A stretch of 64,000 nt of DNA, taken from positions 59,272,001 to 59,336,000 of the forward strand of contig NC_042999.1 in assembly GCF_006345805.1 (NCBI RefSeq), given 5' to 3'. The notes under the pieces were generated by a model that was not told where the DNA came from, did no database searches, and saw only the letters and a list, made by a program, of their open reading frames with translations. Position 1 is the stretch's first letter. Every line of letters starts with the position of its first letter. Position numbers and translations under genes: made by a program. This DNA is from Octopus sinensis (lineage: Eukaryota). Positions 53,743 to 64,000 of this stretch are shown here, piece by piece.

Positions 53743-53980
53743 CACATATGTATGTATGTGTGTCTATATGTTTGTGTGTCTGTGTTTGTTCCCCCAACAT
53801 CGCTTGACAACCAGTGCTGGTGTGTTTTCGTCCCGTTACTTAGCGGTTCGCCCAAAGGAACCGATAAAATAAGTATTAGGCTTACAAAGAATAAGTCCTG
53901 GGGTCGATTTACTCGACTAAAAGGCGGTGCTCCATCATGGCCCCAGTCAAATGACTGAAACAAGTAAAAGAGTAAAAGAG
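53450..53980 (+). mobile_element. SINE A, full length with long internal microsatellite
   Basis: ggcataggagtggccgtgtggtaagtag ... (gagtaaaa)n. Confidence 0.93.
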
Positions 53981-54645
53981 AGTGTGGGATAATCACGAGT
54001 GGACCGGCTCCAATCAAAGTTCTCTTCAATGAGGGATGAATAGGAGCTAAACTAGAATTTCAAATTTATACAAAAAGGGAGACTTAATGTTGTAGATGAA
54101 CTTGTGGAATAATGATGAAATTTCCCTCACATCACAATCTACCATCCTAAAATTAGGAGGGATATATCGTATCATATATGTCAAAGGATAATAAGCCTCG
54201 AAGAAAATGTCATGATTAATTGATGATAAAGAATGGAAAGCATTTAATCATAGTTCTTCTTTATTAGAGTAATCCATGGGTTAAACAATAACAGCTAGTA
54301 ATGCAACACGATCATCACTGGAACCTTCTGGATCATGAATAGTCTTGATCAGGTTGAGCTGGAGTTAAACAACGAATAAACTTAACGGCAACAGACTGTA
54401 TTTCCTTCGTTTTTACTCTTTTACTTGTTTCAGTCATTTGATTGTGGCCATGCTGTGGCACCGTCTTTAGTCGAGCAAATCGACCCCCAGGAATATTCTT
54501 TGTACTTATTCTATCGGAACCTTTCGCCGAACCGCTAAATTACGGGGACGTAAACACACCACCATCGGTTGTCAAACACACAAACATACACACACACACA
54601 CACAAACACAGACACACACAACACACACACAACACACACACACAC

Positions 54646-54711
<66 letters not shown>

Positions 54712-54852
54712 CAACGGGCTTCTTTCTGTTTCCGTCTAACAAATCCACTCACAAGGCTTTGGTCGGCCCGAGGCTATAGTAGAAGACACTTGTCCAAGGT
54801 GCCACAAAGTGGGACTTAACGCGGGACCATGTGGTTCGTAAGCAAGCTACTT

Positions 54853-57218
54853 TATTTCATAAATATTTGCCATGAAGGCATTACAAAGAGGGGACGAACA
54901 AGAACAGACAAACATAAAAGGGTGAAGTAGCTGTAGCGATTAAATATTTACAATTTAAAATTAACAATAATTTGATAAATATGTTTATAACTTTTGACTT
55001 AAGCGTTGCTCATTACAAATGAAATTTGTAATGGTTTCTCTGAAGGATAGGCATCCGACCATCAGGGTAGACCCCTTGCTTTTTCTTTCCTGTATTTGGC
55101 TTCCACTTACCTGGTGCAAAACACTCCCAGCTTCCTCGCCACAGGCTTCCATCTTCTCATGAATCTGTCTCGTGACAGGTACCTTTTCTCCAGCCTGATC
55201 TTATTACTGAGGTGGTAACTAAAAAAGTTAACCAATCCCTGGCCGTATATAAAGGCACCCGACACTATGCCTCTCACACACGTCTTCCATACTGTTTCTT
55301 TCAGTATGGCTACTATGCAGAAAAAGCAAGACTTCCTTTCCCTGTTAGGGGAAGGGGGAGGCACAATCTCGATGATAGATTCAGCTGATAGCTGTACTCT
55401 TCGCATCGATGACAACAGTTGCTTTACGAAAACTATCAGTCCCGTTAATTCCGGACACTCCACAAATGCGTGCAGGACGGTTTCCCTGTCCTGCCCGCAC
55501 CTCGGACATGTCTGTGCCATGACAGTTTATCACGAGCAGGTAACGCCGCACGGAAGCACTGCCAAGCCAGAGATTTTTGGTAATTGTCCAGATACCCCGG
55601 CCCGAAAGTTCTCCGGAACATGTTGATTAACTGATTTTCATCGTAGCCCATGGTCTCTCCTAAGGCCTCATCGGACTTAACCTCCACTAACCCGCTATAG
55701 AAATCCGCGGTGGAACTCTTGTTGCCGGCATTGCCCGCCTGAAAGAGTAGCTGAAGTGCCTGGCGGCACTCCAACTGCCAGTCCTCCAGCCTAGGTCTCT
55801 GCTTGATCCAATTACCAATGTCTGTTAAGGACGTTAATTGCGGAAGGTAGAACTGAACGTGCGGTGACCACACCAGCTCTCCATCCAGGTAAAGCTAGAG
55901 GTGCCTCAACCTTAACGCGAATTTTCGCATCCTCAGCCAAGGCATCCCTAGCCCACTCTTTAGCGGTTTCTGGCAGCTGACAGAGCGCTTCACGAGTGGT
56001 TTTCCTCCCTTCCACAAAAAGTGGAAAAGGATTCTCTCCAAATTGTTCAGCCACAAATCGGGGCAAGGTGATAACCGATGCTATAAACATCTGCACCACC
56101 TCCGCCTTTCCTGGCAAGGATAACACCCGCCCAGACCAGGTCTGGGTTAAAGCAATCACCTTGCTGGCCACCTCACCCCAATTTTTCTCTATCTGGAGGT
56201 CTGGCTCGAACCAGACTCCGAGCAGCTTAACAGGACCTTCCGTTCAACGCCCCACGACGTTATTGGACGGCATCGGCTTGCTCCTCCAAGTGCCGAGCTG
56301 CAAACCAATTGACTTGTCCTTGTTAACCTTTGCTTCTGCCACTGCCTCGTAACTTGTGATAGCTTCTTCTACCACTGGAAGCTGGCCTTCATCCGCTACG
56401 ATGATGGATATGTCATCTGCGTACGCCATAGCTCCTCTTCCACACCATAGATCATGCAGTGCGCCCCCTAGTGCCTCCAACCTCCGCAATAATGGCTTGA
56501 GAGCCAGTATATACAAAAGCGGGGACAGGGGATACCCCTCACGCACTGAGCGCTCGATCCTGAATGGCTTCGAAAGGAAACCATTCATTTTTACGACGGA
56601 CTCGATGTCGCTGTACAACGCAGCAAACCATCCCCGGAAGGACCGCCGCCAAGTACTGATGGTCGACCCTATCGAATGCCTTAGACTGGTCTAAATGTAC
56701 CAGTGCCCCCCCCCCCCTGCGCCTGAAAGCTTCCCCACCCTCTCTAAGGAGTAGCGTATACGGTGGAGATGGTCATGAATCGTCCTACCCGGGATAGCGC
56801 ACGTTTGCGTTTCCCCGACAAGTTTGTCCACGACCCGCGCCAAACTTTTTGCTAACACCTTGGCCATAATCTTTAACTCTGTGTTCAACAGAGTTATGGG
56901 CCTCAAGTTCCCTATCTCGTCCCCCTTGCTCGAGTCCTTCCTGATCAACGTCACCATCCCACGGCTCGCAGATTGGGAATTCCCCCATTCTGCTGCCAAG
57001 TGGCGTAGACGCTGGCCAGCAAGTGCCCGAACAAGTCTGGCATAGTTTTGTAGAATTCATAAGGCAGACCATCGAGACCCGGTGACTTCTCCCCGGGGCA
57101 TTCGCCCAGTACCTCGATTACCTCCGCGGCCGTGATTGGTCCTTCACAGCACTCAGCTTCGCGTGCCGAGAGACGCAGGCCGCAAGACAGGAAGTCCCTA
57201 AGGGCAGGAAGTCCCTAA
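54853..57218 (-). mobile_element. 5'-truncated Tx1/L1-clade LINE: ORF2 RT and zinc-finger region (frameshifted) plus 3' UTR
   Basis: KSPGLDGLPYEFY (about 57050-57092), NLRPITLLNTELKIMAKVLA, LDQSKAFDRVDH, SVREGYPLSPLLY, YADD (56412-56423), LQLGTW, CPRCGQDRETVLHAFVEC. GC-richer than the flanks. 3' UTR 54853-55106. Confidence 0.93.
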
Positions 57219-57534
57219 TTCGTAAAATTAACCTACGTTCAAGTTACGAATTACAATTTTGTTTTCAATTTTGTTTACAATAATGTTTTCTTTTGACACA
57301 TTCTACCAGTATACGAAGTTTCAAATTGTTTAGTTGAGTAGAAAATTCCGTCTATCAAACGGAAAAGATCCTTCTTTCATTCTCTCAAAAAGCTCGGAGA
57401 TCTCCGTTTCAATTATATTTTTTGAAGACACAGCGGCTACTGCCGCGAACTTTTTTGCTGCCTCATGCAGCTGGTTCTCTTCTTGAATTATTTCGACCGA
57501 CATATTCATTCGAAATAAATGAAACAAAATTCAA

Positions 57535-57950
57535 TCCCAGAAAAGGGAAACCTATCATTTTTTTACTTTTTTCCCCCTCTTAACGAGGACAACAGTTCAA
57601 ATCCCACCCCTGCTGGGGGGTGAGACGTAACAACAAAGCCTGCAACGTTCGAAATTAATTATTTTTTCACACAATAATATAATATAGAATTCCCAAAAAC
57701 GGGAAACCTATAATATTTTTTCCTCACAACGAGGACAACAGTCCAAATCTCGCCCACGCTAGTGGCGGATGCCACAATAGAGCCTACAACGGCTAAAATT
57801 TAAATTTTTTTTCGCAATAATAAATTGTTTATCCCGAAAAACGGGGAACCTATAATATTTTTTTCCTCTTCATGAGGATAACAGTTCAAATGCCGCCCCC
57901 GCTGGAGTGGGGGACACGACAATAAAGCCCATAACAGCTTTAATAAGTTC
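57535..57950. repeat. Three diverged tandem units of about 145-155 bp
   Basis: Anchors aacctat at about 57549, 57705 and 57847; a(c/t)gagga(c/t)aacagt at about 57583, 57729 and 57872. Confidence 0.85.
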
Positions 57951-58394
57951 AATATTAATAATTTTAATATTTCAACAATTACTTTCTCCCATCACCGGGA
58001 AAAAGCACAAAAATTTTCAAAGTTCACGAAAATATTCAACAATAAACATTCAACAGTAGAAAAATTATCCACGTGCAACTAACCGCCAAAAATATAGGTC
58101 CATCTACGACACGCTACTTACCACACAGCTGCTCCTACGCCTAGTAAAATTTTGTTATATCTTATACATCGATTCTTAAACTACGCCCCGCAAGAAATTC
58201 TAGTTGCATACTGAGTTAAAAAAGAATAATAATAATTAAAACTTTCGGAAATCCCTGTGTGAGAGGTTGTTTGAAATCGTATTATTTATGATTTTATTAT
58301 AGAGACGTGTGATTAAACAAATTAGGAAAGAATAGTTACTATATTTTTCTTCTGAATTTTACCTTTAAATCAAATCTTTATTATTACCAAAATT

Positions 58395-58612
58395 AAGGTG
58401 GTGAGCCGGCAAAATTGTTAAGAACGCCGGGTAAAATACTCCACGGCATTTCGTCCGTCTTTTCGTTCTGAGTTCAAATTCTCCCAAGGTTGACTTTGCT
58501 TCTCATCCTTTCAGAGTACAATAAATTAAGTACCCGTGCGACACTATGGTCAAATTAATCCTCTGTACTTCTCCCGCAAACTTCAGGCCTTGGTCCTATA
58601 TTAGAAAGGATA
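58395..58612 (+). mobile_element. SINE B-like copy with alternative tail
   Basis: B head and body; tail cttcaggccttggtcctatattagaaaggataatt; possible TSD attaccaaa (58383/58613). Confidence 0.8.
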
Positions 58613-60104
58613 ATTACCAAACATTTCCAAGGGAAGCGTGCCGGTAAATTATTATGTTTGACAATATAAAAATGCTTGAGGCCCAAGGCCATATCGGCGT
58701 TTTTTCTGTTGCTATGTATGTGACACTCACCATATCTACACAAAAACACGTTTTTTTGACAAAGGTCTTAAAACCAGATTATTAATATTCTTACTTCTTT
58801 TGGTTGATTACGATTTCCAGTCTATCATATTCACCAAAGTCTCTCATTCTTGAAACAATAGAATTTGCATGTTAAATGCTAGCTTGCTAGGCTCCTCTAT
58901 GAAAAGCAAAAACCAACAGAAAATAAAACTTATGTTACGATTCACTAAATAACTAAATATTTTGTTTTATTGTTTAGTCGTATGTAAAAGATATCTGATC
59001 GAGCAGACCTTCAATCAAAGTAACCCTACCGCTGTATGAAGTGCACAATTTACCTTTATATTTCATACCTTCTATCTTTATAAGACGGTAACGAATTTGT
59101 CGCTCTACGTTATTGCGACACTCACGCTAAGTCTGTGTATTTTGTTCCTTTAATAGAGAGACAAGATAAACCTAAAGGAATGGATCATCTGGATTTAAGT
59201 CACATGATTTATACAATATGTATACCACTCGCTAAATATCAGTAACTGAAATCCAGAGACAAACATTGCAAGATAACTCAATTATATCAAATGCAGGATT
59301 GATTTCAGAGTGTTTTCTCTTAGACTCTTCCAAACACTCCATACCTACAAGTCAGTATGAATTTGAAAGGAGTATACTTGATATTTCCCCACAGTTTGGT
59401 AGCCATTGACTCTCATGTGTTCTTCTGGCCTTTAATGTGTCTCGTTTTTTTTTTATCCTGCAGTATGTTGAAAAAGTCAGCCACTTCACCAAGCTGGCCA
59501 GGAGAAGTTGACAGTTTGGTTACCGACCATCCGACACTGCAGTAGTTTGCACTAGACTGCAAGTTATCTGTAGCACTTCATAATCAACTGGAATCGCACA
59601 CACTCATATACACATATTTAAACACTCACACACGTACATTATACATATGATATACGCGTGTGTGTAAGTGTGTGAGTGTGTATTCCAAATGTATTTCACT
59701 GTCTCCAATAAGCGAAAAGAAACAAGGAGAATATGGGTCTTGTTATTAATATAAATCGTTATCGATTTGATTCAACATCGATTATATGCCGTTTATTATA
59801 TTTTATCAAGCCTTCTATCACCTCCATTGCTAATGTAACCCCCATTTCCTTGAACTCTACTCCTATATATTGATATCACTGACCATTTGACTATATCGTC
59901 ATGCAACATAACTGGCGATTTTATCAAATACAAAAGAAGTGATAAATTCAGCTCTTTTTATGGCATATAAATATTCAATGTGGATTATCAATATATTATT
60001 ACATGAATATATTACCAACAATTTTCATGGAAGATATAGGATCATTTGGATTCAGAGGTCCACATGATTCACACAATAAGTGTGTATGTGTGTATATACA
60101 CGTG

Positions 60105-60191
<87 letters not shown>

Positions 60192-63100
60192 GCAGTTTTA
60201 TATTTATATAGATAAACATAAATTTATATATATAAAATATAAATATCTATCTATCTATATATATATATATCTTTCTATCTATCTATCGTTTGACAGCATC
60301 AGCCTTTTCATAAAAAAACTCCAATTATAATGATATCTGTATTGATCGAAAACTGTGATGACACGTATATTTTGCTTTCTTTCTGATGGAGTATGTGACA
60401 TCAGAGTTGTAAATTATGGTATAACTAAAGAATCCGAATGTCATAATACAAAGGAATATCAATCTACTTGAATGAAAACAGCTCGTCAGAACTGCATGTC
60501 GTTGAAAAAAAAATAAAACGGATAAATTATAGAAAAGCTGTATCTAACACATCAATAGCACAATGCTTGTTACAAATGATAATGAAGGAAAATCTGAATT
60601 TGATTTTCCTTGTTATTAAATCATATCGAATGCAAGAAAAGAAATGGTCTGAAAAAGATGCTACTTAGTCAAAAGACTCATTTTCCTAAAGAGAAAAAAA
60701 ACCAAACAAACAAAGAAATAAACAAAATTTATTGAAGGGGTGCAATTTTGCAGGAGAATATAATATAATAAACAATTCGCCCGATGTCATCTTACAACAA
60801 CAAATAAAATATCTTGTAATGGAGGTATCAGTACCAAAAGGTAATAATAAAAACTGTGTTCAAGCATGAATATTTGTGTAGACTAATTAGAATAATTATG
60901 CAAAAGAAATGTGCATGTTGATTATTTCGTTGTATTTTTCCATAACTGATTAGTTAGGCACCGGGTCTCAAGTTTGAAGAGAATGATATAGTTGTTTATA
61001 TAATCCCTCACTACTGAAACTAGTATTTTGGTTTAGCGACTTCGAGTGGTTGGGAGGCAAGTTGACCTCGAGAGAATTAGAACGTAAATAAATAGCTCTA
61101 ACGATTCTGCACATCAACTGATTTTCTGAAGCCATCGCTAGGTCAGTACGTGTCACTCGAGTAGGTCAGCGAGGTCTATATTAGCCTTCGCCTATGCAAG
61201 CGTTCCACTTGCATTCTCCTGTCAATACAATCACATTGAGCGAGATTCAGCTATCATTCTTGCTTTCTTCACTCGTCTGTGTCCCAGACGAATCATCTGT
61301 AGGTAATAGCGCACTGATCTACCTGGAAATCTGTGGCAACCAACTTTAACAGAGAATGCAGCCGCGTACCCTGTCTTGACATGTGCCTTCTCAACTAAGT
61401 CCTGATGTTTATTCTTCTCTAGCTGGTGGGAAAATTCAAGTCAGCCTTCCCAGGGTAGTGTAAGTTCCACGACGATGAGTATATTTGTAATCCTGGAGAG
61501 CAGGAACATGGTTGGTCAGAGTGATATTACCGCTACCTCCCCTGGGAACACGAGTCTACTCTTCAGGCCGTCTTAAAAATAAAACTCTAGAGCTGGGGGC
61601 TGGCAGTGCTAGATTTAAAGAATATGACTAAAAAATATGTGATATTCGAACAGCTAAAAGCAAAAACTAGAACACCAGATTTTAGACTGAATCAAGCAGC
61701 ATAATTTAAAAACCTCGCCAGTTTTATATCCTTTAGTTTCAACCAGTAACCAGTGGTCAACGGAATCTGTACTGCAGATGGTATTTGCTAAACGAGGAAA
61801 TTTTATGCTACTGCTCTTAAAATGAGGGATAGAGATTGCTCTGAAATATTACTCTGTTGAATGCCTAAGTCTGATTTAAGGTATTGATTCAATTCCGTAT
61901 TGATCTGTCAGGCTTTTTTTGCCGAAAATTTTAAAATCATTTTCTTTTCAATGTGAGGTAATTCAAATATGTGATTTCATCTTCAGATGTGTGGTTTTAA
62001 CATAATGCAATGGTGCACGTTTCATGAATTTACATCACTATAATACCAATGTTTACTACTAGACATTCTAAGCCCACTTTCACTTAAACATGTTTCTGCA
62101 TATCTTTAATCTGTCTTCTTGTTATTTTAGGCAAGCTTTACATTCAAATTGCCACTATAAGGTTGTAGCGAGAACGGTAGACCGAATCTGTTATTCTGTT
62201 TAACTGCAACAGCTAACCCTCGTGCGTCTTTAATGGTCACCGATTTCTTGCTAGCATTCCAGCCCTGTATCCTGGTAGAGACTTCCTTATTTGTTTCGCT
62301 AGTCACGGGGGTCTGAGAAGAGATGTCATGGTCGCTGCTCCTTCTACTACAGATGACTAAGCAATTGCAAAGGCCATATAACGGTAGTCTTCTTGTCCTA
62401 TTACCCAAAACCATATTAAGATAAACAATAATTATTTTAGGAAATCATTTAAACTACAGAATTTTACGACCATATTATCAGCAAATTAAAATTTCCATTT
62501 GACTTTGTACACATCGATACAAAAGAAATATGTTTTAAACCATTTCCCAGATGAATTTTAATAGACCAAGTGGATCTATTAATTGATAACAGTTTCGAGT
62601 TCTTCGATTCAGTAATCGAACTATGGATGGACACCTTCCTAGACAATCTTTATTTCCATTCAATATCGCTTTCTATTAGAAATAATCGTTTTATCTTCGT
62701 AAAACTGTAATCGCTATTTTTCTATAAACCAAAATCTTATTTTCGTTATTAATGTATAGTGAAGAAAGCATCATTATCTGTAATTGCTTTCGAAAGAAAG
62801 AACAGGAAAAAAGAGAAGAAATCTTTTAACAGCAGCAAGCTATCTTGCTGTGAGAGTGTATGTAGAAATATCTGATTTGTGAAACAAAAATAGAATAAAA
62901 TAAAATGTAGAGTTAATTACTATTTTAAAGAAAGGCATATTTGAAAACCTAGTTTGAATTACACACATTAACGCTTTCAATATGAAAACTCTATTCTCTG
63001 CAATGCTATTCCCAGGTTGATGTTATTCATAATTGTATAAAAATAACATATTATTGCAGACACGAAACACTCAGGTTAGCTTTTCTTATGATTGGAAGTG

Positions 63101-63209
63101 AAAAACAAAAACGCTGTCAGCGGAATGATTAGAGATGGATAGAAAAGTGCATTACAACAAAGAACGCTCGATAGCAAGATACTGGTACATACATACATAC
63201 GGGTATATA

Positions 63210-63278
<69 letters not shown>

Positions 63279-63850
63279 TATATATGGGGAAATAGAAAGA
63301 GATTAGGAGAATTAAAGTTGAGATTGATATTTAAAGTACGCGATGTATCATTGTGAAGATCCTAAAAGTTTCCGCGCAGAATGAGTTAATGCATAAAACG
63401 ATTTAAATGAATTTTTGGTGGTAGTATTAAGAAAATGAATATTTAATGGCAGTATTAAGAAAACATGGGCAAGATACTTTAGTGACTCATACTTTTTTGT
63501 GAGAATACAATCTCTTAAAATGCTTCGGGGTCGAAGAGGTGAGAATGGGATTGTATAAAGATATAACAGTGAAAACTTTCTAAACCACTCCTTAGCCTGT
63601 TTTGTTTTGTTTCTTATAAAGAATTTACATTGTATAATACAATTATGTGGTTCGAATGTCTTTAATCATAACGTCTGGTAGCACGATCTGATTCTCAATA
63701 AGAGTAAAAACAACAACAACAACAATAACAATAACAGCAACGACAACAACATCAACAAAAGCATCTCATGTTGTCATTATCATAGTTATTGCCATTAAAT
63801 AATTATTTTATGAATATTCAAGTGCTCGTCATGCTAGGAATGGTGAACAG

Positions 63851-64000
63851 AAGGCGGCGAGCTGGCAGAAACGTTAGCACGCCGGACAAAATGCGTAGCT
63901 GTATTTCGTATGTCGCTACGTTGTGAGTTCAAATTCCGCCGAGGTCGACTATGCCTTTCATCCTTTCGGGGTCGATAAATTAAGTACCAGTTATGCCTTG
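63851..64000 (+). mobile_element. SINE B, cut by the window end
   Basis: aaggcggcgagctggcagaaacgttagcacgccgg...gataaattaagtaccag. Confidence 0.92.

Larger units (their letters stand above)
54412..58141 (-). mobile_element. SINE A copy split by a 3.26-kb insertion in its head
   Basis: Body 54412-54852 ends agcaagctactt. The missing 5' piece gctacttaccacacagctgctcctacgcc is at 58113-58141. TSD gctactt at 54846-52 and 58113-19. Confidence 0.92.

Noticed and set aside
57535-57950. Repeat array as CRISPR
   Set aside because: Units are long and diverged along their whole length with no repeat-spacer pattern; the context is eukaryotic and no cas genes are present.
61000-61440. Possible LINE endonuclease remnant on the minus strand (VLTGECKWNACIG; ASENQL)
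   Set aside because: Only a distant resemblance to the GDFNA motif; not supportable.

Overview
AT-rich, microsatellite-dense eukaryotic DNA made almost entirely of transposable elements and simple repeats. The tRNA-headed SINE families and the (TA)n/(TG)n/(GATA)n load resemble an octopod cephalopod genome; this is inferred from recall, not from a search. No host protein-coding gene, rRNA, true tRNA or CRISPR array can be supported, and most supplied ORFs are microsatellite read-throughs. Contents: about 13 copies or fragments of SINE 'A' (tRNA-like head, CORE-like body, internal microsatellite), SINE families B, C and D with swapped modules, and decayed Tc1, mariner, hAT, Chapaev-like, Penelope, RTE and R4/Dong remnants. 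Family letters are my own labels. Main result: two different non-LTR insertions with homologous 3' ends have entered the head of SINE A at the same nucleotide, each with a target-site duplication (TSD). One is a Tx1/L1-clade RT element at 54853-58112 (-) and the other an ORF1-only element at 32806-34242 (+). This suggests a SINE-targeting, sequence-specific retrotransposon with a non-autonomous partner. The same 3' end is shared by SINE B and by a third relative sitting in (GATA)n. Second result: a tRNA-headed SINE-like element ends in a minimal hammerhead-ribozyme motif (10915-12272, interrupted by a Dong/R4 LINE), and a second hammerhead-like motif lies at 51608-51642. Boundaries of old decayed elements are approximate.
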